In this document: positions 1-9,804 of the stretch, piece by piece
Position numbering within the stretch: position 1 is the stretch's first letter
Layout of the letters: every line of letters starts with the position of its first letter
Origin: Acidobacteriota bacterium
Lineage (GTDB): Bacteria > Acidobacteriota > UBA890 > WLXD01
Direction: 5' to 3'
Assembly (NCBI GenBank): GCA_963666055.2
Contig: CAXWPH010000015.1
Span: 1,728,001-1,792,000, forward strand
Length of the DNA stretch: 64,000 bases
The notes under the pieces: generated by a model
Seen by the model: only the letters and a program-made list of their open reading frames with translations
Database searches by the model: none
Told to the model about the DNA's origin: nothing
Program-made: the position numbers and the translations under genes

Positions 1-375
1 TCACGGGGTGATCCGGTTCCAAACCCGGTCGTTCCGGGGCGTCTGTACGACCTTGGCAGCTCGGACCTACTAAACGCTGGCTTCGCGAGCGATCCAGCCA
101 GCGCCGGTGAATTCGTCGTATCGCTATCCGACGGCCGTGTCCTCGTGGGCCACTACCAGGCCTTTGCGGACAAGCCCCCCGGGTGGGGCACGATCTTCCG
201 GAAGCGGTCCCGCGAGTACCATACCGACGAGAGCGTCCACGGGATGCTGGCGGGTATCGCCACCGCGGCCGATTCGGAGCACTGGGTCAAGTGCGAGTAC
301 GTGACCTTCGACTCGGCCACAGGCCACGGATACTGCGACAGCAGCTGGGATACGGTTTACAGGCTGCTGTTCTAG
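1..375 (+). CDS. Hypothetical protein, 5'-partial (runs off window start)
   Basis: Frame of ORF 145..375 is open from base 1 (SRGDPVPNPVVPGRLYDLG...GHGYCDSSWDTVYRLLF*); no recognisable family. Confidence 0.55.
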   Translation, partial: SRGDPVPNPVVPGRLYDLGSSDLLNAGFASDPASAGEFVVSLSDGRVLVGHYQAFADKPPGWGTIFRKRSREYHTDESVHGMLAGIATAADSEHWVKCEYVTFDSATGHGYCDSSWDTVYRLLF

Positions 376-419
376 AGGGATGACGCGCGTAGTGGGCCGA
401 CGAAACGCCGGCGTGCGCC

Positions 420-595
420 ACGTTGCGGTCGTTGGGGCGATCGGCACCTGCGCGCAGATCGGCTCGACCGCGTGGTCGTCTCGATGCTCATCGATGAACC
501 GCACCATCCCGTCGCTCGGCGGCCGAGTTCCGCCTGGGCGAAATACGCTGATGCCTTGTGCAGGACCTCGTTGGCCCGCTTCAGCTCCTGGTTTG
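420..595 (-). mobile_element. IS3-family (IS51/IS6110-like) remnant covering the OrfA/OrfB junction
   Basis: Minus strand reads NQELKRANEVLHKASAYFAQAEL (OrfA C-terminus) then MVRFIDEHRDDHAVEPICAQVPIAPT (OrfB N-terminus); no ends or DDE domain present. Confidence 0.8.
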
Positions 596-680
596 GAGCG
601 GGAGAGTGTGTAGTTTGGGAACAGAACTTGCTTGTCTACGAACGTGAAATGGATAACCGATACCAAGGCAAGGATGAAGA

Positions 681-2033
681 ATGAAAGTCGCCGAACTCAC
701 AGATGACATTCGTAACCACAACTTGGTGCTTCCCGAATTCCAGCGTGAGTACGTTTGGACACGCGAGCAATCCAAACAGCTAATGGTGTCTCTATCGCGA
801 GGATATCCAGTCGGCGGAGTCCTTTTCTGGAAGACAACTGAACCACCAGAATTGAAGAACGTCGACCAACTACCTGACTTACTCGGGACGGTATCCATAA
901 TCCTCGATGGCCAACAACGTCTCACAACATTATTCCTTCTCATCTCAGGGCAGATCCCACCCTACTACCGTGAGCGAGATATAACCTACGACCCGCGGGA
1001 TTTGTTCTTTAACATTGCCGACGGCGACTTTCAGTATTACCAACCGACGCGGATGAAGGGGAACCTTCTGTGGCGGCGCGTCGTTGACGTATTCACAGAT
1101 TCCGCGTCATTGAACGTCTTCCAGATCGCGCAGAATCAAGCTGACGACGCCGACGAGCAACTGCGCCTCGCCCAAATCTTCAACGAGCGCGTCGAGACTC
1201 TCAAAGGGATCCGGTCCATCGATCTGCCTGTGCAGATAGTTCCTGCCCACGCGAGCCTGGGCGAAGCAATCGACATCTTCGATCGCGTAAACAGTAAAGG
1301 TACGAAGTTAACAGACGCTGATCTAGCGTTGACGCACGTCACTGCCCGATGGCCTACGGCGCGACGAGAAATGAAGAAGAAGATCGAATGGCTTGATACC
1401 CAACGCTTCTACTTCGACCTCACTTTCATGACCCGAGCATTGACGGATGTTGTCACGCAGAGGGCGCTATTCGAGACGATCCACCCGAAGGAGCGCGAGG
1501 TTCTTGAGGCGGGCTGGACACAACTCTCAAAGATTCTTGACTACCTCGCTGGATTGTTACCTGAGAAGGCGTTCATCCAGTCAACCGAGGACGTAAACAG
1601 CACCAACGTTTTCGTTCCGCTAGTCGTTTATCTATCGACTCACGAGGGCAAGTGCCCAGACGAACGAGCGCTGCAGAACGCACTTCACTGGTTGTACGCG
1701 GCTCATACATGGGGAAGGTATGCAGCCCAGACCGACAATCGATTGGAGCACGATCTGAGTCTTATCGTTCGCGAGATGGCTCCATGGGAGAGCCTCCGGG
1801 AGCAAATCACCGATCAGCGGGGTCGCATCGAGGTCAAGGCGGCAGACTTCGAGGGCCGAGGCGCTGCACATCCCCTCTACCGAATGACGCTCCTGCTCGC
1901 GAAGGCCCTAGGTGGGATTGACTGGTTCAACGGTATGCCCCTCACCAGTCGACTGGACGGTCGATATCGCCTGCACAGCCATCACATTTTCCCGCAGTCG
2001 GTTCTCTATGAAGAGCTCTACGGATCCGCGTGA
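681..2033 (+). CDS. DUF262 / GmrSD-family modification-dependent restriction protein, probably C-terminally truncated
   Basis: LPEFQREYVW, DGQQRLTTL and IFDRVNSKG motifs of DUF262; ends 11 aa after HSHHIFPQS, the first half of a DUF1524-type HNH motif. Confidence 0.85.
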   Translation: MKVAELTDDIRNHNLVLPEFQREYVWTREQSKQLMVSLSRGYPVGGVLFWKTTEPPELKNVDQLPDLLGTVSIILDGQQRLTTLFLLISGQIPPYYRERDITYDPRDLFFNIADGDFQYYQPTRMKGNLLWRRVVDVFTDSASLNVFQIAQNQADDADEQLRLAQIFNERVETLKGIRSIDLPVQIVPAHASLGEAIDIFDRVNSKGTKLTDADLALTHVTARWPTARREMKKKIEWLDTQRFYFDLTFMTRALTDVVTQRALFETIHPKEREVLEAGWTQLSKILDYLAGLLPEKAFIQSTEDVNSTNVFVPLVVYLSTHEGKCPDERALQNALHWLYAAHTWGRYAAQTDNRLEHDLSLIVREMAPWESLREQITDQRGRIEVKAADFEGRGAAHPLYRMTLLLAKALGGIDWFNGMPLTSRLDGRYRLHSHHIFPQSVLYEELYGSA

Positions 2034-2278
2034 ATACAACAACGCGCTCCCTAGATCCGCAGGCCGCACATGCCTATATCCAGACCCATTGGGGATGACG
2101 CGCGTTTTGGGCTCGGCGTGCCTTCGGAAGTGGCGCGGGTGCGGTCCCTTGGTGGTGCGCAGGGTGACTCGGGGACCATCGGCGCGTGAGTCATCTGCTG
2201 ACTCGCATTGTACGAGGCAGCGGGACCGGCGCCTCCGCGCCCTCGGGCTGATAGCTGATGTTGTCGAGGAGCAGATAC

Positions 2279-2400
2279 ATGAGACATCACGGGCTCACCC
2301 CGAAGCAGCAGGAGTTCGCTCAGGAATTGGTGAAGAACAGGACCGCCGCCGCACGGCGGGGAGCTCGCAGTCCCTCCCTCCGCCTCGCAAAGTGGCTACA
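2279..2400 (+). pseudogene. Terminase small subunit-like N-terminal remnant
   Basis: GAGGAG SD then MRHHGLTPKQQEFAQELVKNRTAAARRG, resembling the TerS HTH start LTPKQxxFxxE...NATxAAxRAG; degenerates and runs into hsdR. Confidence 0.45.
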
Positions 2401-2437
2401 TCGACGCGCTGACCCCGGGAGGGTCAGTCCGCCGGGA

Positions 2438-5400
2438 TCACGTCGCGCCAAATCTGGTGGCGACGTACTTGTCGGCATCCTCCTGGGCGAGTCGCACCGT
2501 ACCGGGGCCACTGCGGACGTACAGATCGCCGTTAACGGCCTTCTCTATACCCTTCCATCGCAGATACACCGGCTCGGGACTCCGCTGGCAGCTCACGAGG
2601 CAGACAGTCTTGCCCTCGACGATCTGCGCCTCGGGATCGATGCAGGTTCCGGCGCGGTCACCGAGGCCATTGCGCACGACCTGGGCTAAGTGCCGCATGA
2701 ACTTATCGTCGCTGTCGAGGCGGTCATGCTCGATGCCGACAACCTTGCGGTCGTCGTCCACGCCGATCAGCAGGTCGCCACCCTCGGTGTTGAGGAACGC
2801 GGCGATGCTCTTGAGCGCCGCGTGGGTGACGTGCTTGTCGTCCTTGCGGTCTTTTCTCAGGTTCCAGCGCAGGCTCGACTTGAACTCGAGCGTCTTGGAC
2901 TCCTGGAGCTTGAGCAGTTCCTCTGCTCGCCGGTGCCGCTGGATGTAGTCGTCAAACAGGAAGTTCTTGAGCGCCCGGCCGAAGCTCTCATCGTCGGTGA
3001 TGCGCTTGTACAGCTCGAAGTTGGTCTCCACGATCTCCTGGCACTTGTCCTCAACCTTGGGGTCGAAGGTCAGCCGCACGTTCTCGCGCGTGTTTACCCG
3101 GGCGCTGGCCGCCAGGCCGGGGTCCTGGTCGAGGGCCAAGCGGATGTTCTCGAGAGTGACGCGGTGCTCAGGGCCGAGGTCTGTGCCGAAGCGCTCGTTG
3201 AGCGCCTCGATGATGCGCGAGAGCGCCTCCAACTCCTGCGCGCCGGCCCCACTGTGCGGCTTGCTCCCGGCCGGGTCGAGCGGCCAGACCTGCCGCTCCA
3301 GCGCGATTGAGCCCTGGCTCGTCTGCTGGATGCGGAAGGACTCCATGTCGATGTTCTGCTGCACCTCGAGAGGTAACTCCTCACGGCTGGCCGGCAGCAG
3401 GCGCCTGAGGTGCCGGGCAAAGACGTAGAGCTTCTCCAGGTCGAGGTCGGCGAATCTCAGCACCTGGGACAGGAACGCGTACAGGCGTGCGTAGTCGCTG
3501 AGGTCGCCACGGAAGTCGCCTCCCTCCTCAGGACCAAGCTCCCCGAAGCGCTGACGCGCCGGCTCCAGCGCCGCGTACAGCCTGTCCTGGGTGCCCTTGG
3601 GGTCGAAGTACACCCGCCCGAAGGCCTCCACGTCGTCGGCCACGAACACGCCGTAGTTCAGCAGCCTGCCCTGGATCTCGTACAGGAGGTTGGGGTCGGT
3701 CTCCTCGGAAAGCAGGGTGGTCTCGTAGTACGGCTCGAAGGCTTTCCGGATCTCCTCGGCCTCGTTGGCGAAGTCGAGCACCATCGCACCCTTCTTGCCG
3801 GGGTGGGTGCGGTTCAGGCGGGACAGCGTCTGGACCGCGTTCACGCCACCGAGCTTCTTGTCCACGTACATCGTGTGCAGCAGTGGCTGATCGAATCCGG
3901 TCTGGAACTTGTTGGCGACCACCAGGAAGCGGTACTGAGGCTTGTCGAACTCGGCTGCCGTCTGCCGCTCGCCGATCACTCGCTCCTGCCCGGCGGAGTT
4001 CATGCCGGACTCCGTGTAGGAGGCGCCACGGTCCTTCACCGTTCCGGAAAAGGCGACGAGCGCCTTGTACGGATGGCCCTTATCGGCCAGATACTGATCC
4101 AGGGCGAGCTTGGCCCGCACCGCGTGCAGGCGTGAGCGCGTCACGATCATCGCCTTGGCCCGCCCGCGGATCTCACGTGCGACCTGCGCGGCGAAATGCT
4201 CCACGCAGATGGCGATCTTGTCGCCGATGGCATGCGGGTGCAGCTCGACGAAGGACTTGAGCAGGTACTCCGCTTGGCTCTTGTCGTACCGCGGATCCTG
4301 CTCGATCTTCTTCAGCAGGCGCCAGTAGGCCTTGTAGGTGGTGTAGTTGGCCAGGACATCGAGGATGAACCTCTCCTCGATCGCCTGGCGCATGCTGTAA
4401 AGATGGAAGGGCTCGAACTTCCCGTCCGGCCGCTTGTGGCCGAACAGCTCCAGCGTCTTGGGCTTCGGGGTCGCCGTGAAGGCGAACGTCGAGAGGTTCG
4501 GCTGCCGCCCGCGGCTTTGGATTTCCTCCAGGACCCGGTTGTCGATCTCCTCTTCCGGGGTCTCCGCACCCGCTTCCTCTTGTTCGGCCTGCTCCAGGCT
4601 CCCTGCTCTGAGCACCGCCTTGAGGCTCTTGGTGCTCTCGCCAGACTGCGAGGAATGGGCCTCGTCCACGATGACTCCGAAGCGCTGGCCGGGGAGCTGG
4701 CCGATCTGCTCGGCGATCACCGGGAACTTCTGCAGCGTGGTGACGATGATCGTCCGGCCAGCCTCGAGAGCCTCGCGCAGCTGGCGGGAGGTCTGGTCGA
4801 TGTTCTCCACCACGCCGAGGGTCTGCTCGAACTGCCGGATGGTGCGCTGCAACTGCCGGTCGAGCACCCGCCGATCGGTCACCACGATGACCGAGTCGAA
4901 CACACGCCGGTCCTCTCGGTCATGCAGCACCGAGAGCTGGTGGGCAAGCCACGCGATCGTGAAGCTCTTGCCGCTGCCCGCCGAATGTTGGATCAGATAG
5001 CGCTCGCCGGTGCCGTGGTGTAGCGCATGGCGCACAAGGCGGCGCACGCAGTCCAGCTGCTGGTAGCGCGGGAAGATCAGGAAGCGCTGGCCGGTCTTGC
5101 GTCCGGTATCGTCCTCCTCCTGCACCTCGTGAATGAACTGGCGCAGCAGGTCCAGGACACTGTCCCGGGCCCAGATCTTCTCCCACAGGTAATCGGTCGG
5201 AAAGCCCGGACGGGTGGGCGGGACCGGTGAATTCCCCGCGCCGCCGAAGCGCCCCTGGTTGAAGGGTAGGAACCGAGTCCCGGGCCCGGACAGCTGCGTC
5301 GTCACGAATACCAACTCCGGGTCCACGGCGAAGTGGGCCAGGCAGCACCCGTAGGACAGGAGCGGCTCTCGCGGGTCGCGGTTGTGCCGGTACTGCCGGA

Positions 5401-5974
5401 TAGCGTCCTGCACGTCCTGGCCGTTGAGCGGGTTCTTGAGCTCGGCCGTGAAGATGGGGATGCCGTTCAAAAACAGCGCGAGATCGAGGCTCTCCTCGCT
5501 CTGCTCGCTGAAGCGAAGCTGGCGCACCACGGCAAAGAGGTTGGCCGCGTGAAGGCGCTGCAGCTGTTCGTTGAGCCCGCTCGCGGGCCTGAAGTAAGCG
5601 AGGTGGAACCTGCAGCCTGAGTCCTTGACGCCGTTGCGCAGCACGTCGAGTGCCCCCCGTCGGCCGATCTCGCGCGACAGCCGGCCCAGGAAGCGCACCT
5701 TCACGTGAGCGCCGTGGTGCTGCTTGAGCTTGTCCCACTCCTTCGGCTGGGTGGCCAGCAGGAAGTCGACGACGTCGGTCGGAATCAGACAGAGCCCGCG
5801 GTCGTAGTCCTCCGGCTGGCGCTTGCGGTAGCCACCCGGCACCGGCTCATCGTCGTACTCGGGCGGCGACTCGCTCACTGCCGTCGCTTCATCCGAGCGT
5901 GCGGCGAACCCGTCTCGCAGCAGCGCGCACTCGATCGCCTCCTCGAAGGCCTGCTCGGAGACCTCCGGGCTCAT
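2438..5974 (-). CDS. hsdR: Type I restriction enzyme R subunit with C-terminal Schlafen/AlbA_2 domain
   Basis: DLALFLNGIPIFTAELKN nuclease motif, HSAGSGKS Walker A, IVDEAHSSQ, FTATPK, KFQTGFDQP; last ~160 aa ESKTLEFKSS...IAAFLNTEGGDLLIGVDDD...YVRSG. Confidence 0.93.
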   Translation of the reverse strand: MSPEVSEQAFEEAIECALLRDGFAARSDEATAVSESPPEYDDEPVPGGYRKRQPEDYDRGLCLIPTDVVDFLLATQPKEWDKLKQHHGAHVKVRFLGRLSREIGRRGALDVLRNGVKDSGCRFHLAYFRPASGLNEQLQRLHAANLFAVVRQLRFSEQSEESLDLALFLNGIPIFTAELKNPLNGQDVQDAIRQYRHNRDPREPLLSYGCCLAHFAVDPELVFVTTQLSGPGTRFLPFNQGRFGGAGNSPVPPTRPGFPTDYLWEKIWARDSVLDLLRQFIHEVQEEDDTGRKTGQRFLIFPRYQQLDCVRRLVRHALHHGTGERYLIQHSAGSGKSFTIAWLAHQLSVLHDREDRRVFDSVIVVTDRRVLDRQLQRTIRQFEQTLGVVENIDQTSRQLREALEAGRTIIVTTLQKFPVIAEQIGQLPGQRFGVIVDEAHSSQSGESTKSLKAVLRAGSLEQAEQEEAGAETPEEEIDNRVLEEIQSRGRQPNLSTFAFTATPKPKTLELFGHKRPDGKFEPFHLYSMRQAIEERFILDVLANYTTYKAYWRLLKKIEQDPRYDKSQAEYLLKSFVELHPHAIGDKIAICVEHFAAQVAREIRGRAKAMIVTRSRLHAVRAKLALDQYLADKGHPYKALVAFSGTVKDRGASYTESGMNSAGQERVIGERQTAAEFDKPQYRFLVVANKFQTGFDQPLLHTMYVDKKLGGVNAVQTLSRLNRTHPGKKGAMVLDFANEAEEIRKAFEPYYETTLLSEETDPNLLYEIQGRLLNYGVFVADDVEAFGRVYFDPKGTQDRLYAALEPARQRFGELGPEEGGDFRGDLSDYARLYAFLSQVLRFADLDLEKLYVFARHLRRLLPASREELPLEVQQNIDMESFRIQQTSQGSIALERQVWPLDPAGSKPHSGAGAQELEALSRIIEALNERFGTDLGPEHRVTLENIRLALDQDPGLAASARVNTRENVRLTFDPKVEDKCQEIVETNFELYKRITDDESFGRALKNFLFDDYIQRHRRAEELLKLQESKTLEFKSSLRWNLRKDRKDDKHVTHAALKSIAAFLNTEGGDLLIGVDDDRKVVGIEHDRLDSDDKFMRHLAQVVRNGLGDRAGTCIDPEAQIVEGKTVCLVSCQRSPEPVYLRWKGIEKAVNGDLYVRSGPGTVRLAQEDADKYVATRFGAT

Positions 5975-7347
5975 GCCGCTTGTTCCCGGACGTCGATCTT
6001 GCCGGTGACCGCAGCGGAGATCAGCGCGGTGCGGAATTCTTTGAGAAGGCCGATGGCATCTTGGACTCGTTCAATCAGAGAGCTAATCGTGTTGTAGACG
6101 TCCTGCCCGTACTGAGCGATATCCTCTTGCTCTGATCTTGGTGGCACCGGAACGAAGAGCTTCTTAATCTGGACAAGGTTGATTCGCTTGAAGGTGGAGC
6201 CCACCACGAGCGCCTCCAGCTGAGCCAGTACAACGCGGCTCCGAAGCGTATGGAGTAGGAACAACGGCTGGTTGGATACTGAACGGATCAGGGATACGTC
6301 TTGTCCCATGCAGAACGGCTCTTCGTTGTCGACGATGGCGGCCTCGCCAACCGTTGCGTTTCTGCTGTAAATGATGTCACCAATCTGAGGCTTTCTTCCT
6401 CCAGCAATCATGCTCTGGTATTCCTCGATCGACGTCCGATTCGCATTTGATAGGTCTACCTTAAGCCCATGCACCTCTCCGATACTGGCCACGGCTATTC
6501 CTTCGTCGAGAAACGGCACGGTTCGGTGGCTTGCAATCGAGCACCGTCCACCATCGCGAAAGGGCTCCTGCTTCCCAATGTGCCGGGATCTCCCCCATCC
6601 ACTCCACGCCGGAATCCTTCATGGGGACGTTCGGGTCCAGACCACGGGTGACGGCACGGGTGATGAGGGCGATGCGTTTCTCCTGAAGTAGCTCGATCAG
6701 CCGCTCCTTGCTCGCCACCAACCCATCGATCTTCGCTGTCTCGCGGTCGAGGAAGGTGGCGATGCTGCGTTGCTCCTCGATTGCAACCGGTAGCACGACG
6801 GGCATGTTGCGCACCCTTTTTGCACTCAGGTTGTCCTGCGTATTGCTGGCTGACAACATCTGGATATGGGCCTGCATGAACTCGAACCACCACCGCAGGT
6901 AGTCGCGGAGCGCCTCGCTCTCACGAGGTACGACACCGAGAATCGCTTGGTTGGTCACGGCCTCAGTCTCCAAGCAGTGCAACCTTACCTAGCGAAGGCG
7001 TACATGGAGTAGAGAAGCGTCCCTACGGGCAAGATTCGAAGACGCTTCGACATCCGCCCTTCTTCGGTGATCCGCTTGCCCGTCACGTGTAGGTGAAAGT
7101 CTCGTGTCATATCCGAGATCGCCACCCAGGGGATGCCATGCTCTTCGTCCGTCCAATATGCGACGTTGCCCGATTCAGGAGTTCCGCCAGATTCGAGACG
7201 AGCCACACAATTCTTGAGCGTCTTGAGGTTCCAACGCGCCGGGATCTTGCCCAGCCACCCCACGCCGGAATCCCAGTACTCCGGGTACGGCCGGAATCGC
7301 CGAGCTCGCGCCTTCTCGATCTGATCGGCCACGTCAGGCACAGTCAC
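5971..7347 (-). pseudogene. hsdS: Type I R-M specificity subunit, split by three +1 frameshifts (real or sequencing error)
   Basis: PEYWDSGVGWLGKIPARW, EEQRSIATFLDRETAKIDGL, MKDSGVEWMGEIPAHW and ALISAAVTGKIDVR are spread over three ORFs; one extra base each at about 6995, 6971 and 6528. Confidence 0.88.
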
Positions 7348-7623
7348 TCGCGCCTTCCATCCGAGCCTGAGTCCCCGTCCGCCAGGGCCTGCCAGTGGGC
7401 CAGGCCTGCGTGAACAGACTCTCCTCGATCAAGGAGTCTCGGCCCTGGCAGAGCCATAGCATCTCGCCCGCGTCCACGAGCCGAGCCAAACCGCCGACGC
7501 CGGTCCCGACTTGGCGCTGCACCTCCTGCCAACGCTGCGCCCACGTGGTGTCCTCGTAGTAGCTGGGAAGCAGCGCCACCGGTCTCTGGCCGGTAAACGA
7601 CAACCCCCTACGGGCATGTTCAA
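7344..7623 (-). other. Probable small frameshifted hypothetical gene between hsdM and hsdS
   Basis: 280-bp gap whose end ORFs overlap hsdM stop and hsdS start by 4 bp; protein-like stretch LPSYYEDTTWAQRWQEVQRQ...IEESLFTQ lies in a third frame. Confidence 0.3.
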
Positions 7624-9731
7624 CCCGCCACCTCACGCAGCATGGCCACGATCTCCTTCTCCACCTGCTGGATGTCGGCCTGTATCTGCTCCAGCGGCCG
7701 CGGTGGGCGGTACTCGTAGAAGTAGCGGTTGAAGTTGATCTCGTAGCCCACGAGCCCGACCTGTCCATCCCGCGCATCCCGGCGCTTCGTGTCGATCCAG
7801 GCGTCGGGAACGTGTGGTTTCACCTCGCGCGCGAAGAACGACTCGACATCCTCGACAAGGGGCACGCTCTCCGTGTCGCGAAGCTGGGGATCAGGCTCAG
7901 GGCGACCCTCCCGGTCCCGGCAGACCTCCGCCTCGTCGTTGCGCTCGGACAACGCGGAGAAAATGGCTTTCTTGATGGGCGCGGCGAGCTTGATCTTCGC
8001 TTCTTGTGTCGCCTGGGAAAGCTCGGCCTCGAAGAGTGCCTGATCCAGAAACAGCTTGTCCGGCAGATTCTTCAGCAGGGCTCGGATCTCGGCCTGTTGC
8101 TCCCGGCCCGCCTCCTCGTCCTTCGCCTTCGCTTCGACCTTCTTGCGTGACACCGCCAGGCTCACGAAGGCGCGCTCCTCTTCGAGCCGTGCGATCCGCT
8201 CGGAGCTGGCCTGGAAATCCAGCTTGAGCGGACGCTCCACCGTGATCTTGCGGAAGCCGAAGTGCGTGGTCGGGTAGATGCGGCTGACGACAACCTCGCA
8301 CTCCTCGCCGTCCTGGACGACCTTGCGGGTCGCCCCATCCTCGAACTCCGCCAGCAGCCCCAGGATCTCCTCCTTTCGCTCGACCGGAACCTCGCGACGC
8401 TTCGCGCCCAGACTCTTGCGCAGAGGGACCCAGAACGAAGTGGCATCGATGAGCTGCACCCTGCCGGCCCGCTCGGGCCGTTTCCGGTTCGTGAGCACCC
8501 AGACGTAGGTCGCGATGCCCGTGTTGTAGAACAGCTGCTCGGGCAGTGCGATCAGCGCTTCCAGCAGATCGTTCTCGAGGATCCAGCGGCGGATCTCGCT
8601 CTCACCGCTGCCCGCATCGCCGGTGAAAAGCGGCGAGCCGTTCATGATGATCGCGACCCGCGAGCCGCCCTGGGCTTGCTCCTTGGAGTGCGCGAGCATG
8701 TGCAGCAGGAACAGCAGCTGGCCATCGCTTATCCGCGGCAAGCCCGCACCGAAGCGGCCCGCGTCTCCCCGGTCGTGCTCGGCCCGCACCGCGTCCTGGT
8801 CGCGCTTCCAGTCCTTGCCGTAGGGTGGATTGGCGATCATGTAGTCGAACGTTGTGCTGGCGTGCCGGTCGTTGGAGAGCGTGCTGCCGAACAGGACATT
8901 GTCCGCGTCGCGGCCGTCTTCCGACTTCATGAAGAGATCTGACTTGCAGATGCCGAAGGTCTCCGGGTTCACCTCCTGGCCGAACAGGTGGATGTCGGCT
9001 TGAGGGTTCACGGCGCTGCCGCAGAGTTCACCCTCGCGCCTTTCTCCGACGTTGATGTGCTCCTTGGCGATGGTGAGCATGCCGCCCGACCCACAGCACG
9101 GGTCGTAGACACTCAGCACGACCCCTTTGGTGCGCAGCCGTTGCTCGTCGCCAGCCAGCAACAGGTCCACCATGAGATGGACAACGTCGCGGGGAGTGAA
9201 GTGCTCACCGGGGTTTTCGTTCAGCGCCTCGTTGAACTTCCGGATGAGCTCCTCGAAGACCGTGCCCATCGTGAAGTTGTCGACCAGGTCCGGGTGCAGA
9301 TTCACCTTCGGATCGCCGAACCGCTGCACGACCTGGAACAGGAGCCCCGCCTCGTCGAGCTTGGCGATGGTGTTGTCGAAGTCGAACTTCTCCAGCACCT
9401 CGCGCATGTTGGGGCTGAACCCGGCGATGTAGTTGCGCAGGTTCTGAGCGATGTGGGGCGCGTCAGCGAGCAGTTTGTCGAAGTCGTAGCGGGAGGTGTT
9501 GTAGAACGCGAAGCCCGAGGCGCGCCGAAGCTGCGGCTCGAGGTTCTCGATCCTGCCCCGGTACTTGGCCTGGACCGCCAGCACCTGCCCTTTGGTGGGG
9601 GCCAGCACGCAGTCGAGGCGCCGCAGCACGGTGAGCGGCAGGATCACGTCCTGGTACTTGCCTCGCTTGAAGGTGTCGCGGATCAGGTCCGCTACGCCCC
9701 AGATGAAGCTCGTGATCTCGCTGTGGTTCAT
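7620..9731 (-). CDS. hsdM: Type I R-M N6-adenine methyltransferase
   Basis: FIWGVADLIRD, GEHFTPRDVV, YDPCCGSGGML (SAM binding), ANPPY (catalytic), GYEINFNRYFY. Confidence 0.95.
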   Translation of the reverse strand: MNHSEITSFIWGVADLIRDTFKRGKYQDVILPLTVLRRLDCVLAPTKGQVLAVQAKYRGRIENLEPQLRRASGFAFYNTSRYDFDKLLADAPHIAQNLRNYIAGFSPNMREVLEKFDFDNTIAKLDEAGLLFQVVQRFGDPKVNLHPDLVDNFTMGTVFEELIRKFNEALNENPGEHFTPRDVVHLMVDLLLAGDEQRLRTKGVVLSVYDPCCGSGGMLTIAKEHINVGERREGELCGSAVNPQADIHLFGQEVNPETFGICKSDLFMKSEDGRDADNVLFGSTLSNDRHASTTFDYMIANPPYGKDWKRDQDAVRAEHDRGDAGRFGAGLPRISDGQLLFLLHMLAHSKEQAQGGSRVAIIMNGSPLFTGDAGSGESEIRRWILENDLLEALIALPEQLFYNTGIATYVWVLTNRKRPERAGRVQLIDATSFWVPLRKSLGAKRREVPVERKEEILGLLAEFEDGATRKVVQDGEECEVVVSRIYPTTHFGFRKITVERPLKLDFQASSERIARLEEERAFVSLAVSRKKVEAKAKDEEAGREQQAEIRALLKNLPDKLFLDQALFEAELSQATQEAKIKLAAPIKKAIFSALSERNDEAEVCRDREGRPEPDPQLRDTESVPLVEDVESFFAREVKPHVPDAWIDTKRRDARDGQVGLVGYEINFNRYFYEYRPPRPLEQIQADIQQVEKEIVAMLREVAG

Positions 9732-9804
9732 GTCGGGTCCAATGTCTCGGCGCAGCTAAGGGACTCTCAGCGCAGGCCCCGGTGCCGCCAGGTGCGCGGC
9801 TTGG

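Larger units (their letters stand above)
377..2112 (+). repeat. Pair of 21-bp imperfect direct repeats (377-397 and 2092-2112)
   Basis: GGGATGACGCGCGTagTGGGC vs GGGATGACGCGCGTttTGGGC, 19/21 identical. Confidence 0.6.

Noticed and set aside
377-2112. Integron attC cassette
   Set aside because: No RYYYAAC...GTTRRRY palindromic sites and the integrase is P4-type, not IntI
5971-7347. Phase-variable or invertible hsdS
   Set aside because: No long simple-sequence tract, no inverted repeats or silent TRD copies, no adjacent invertase; shifts are in 2-base runs
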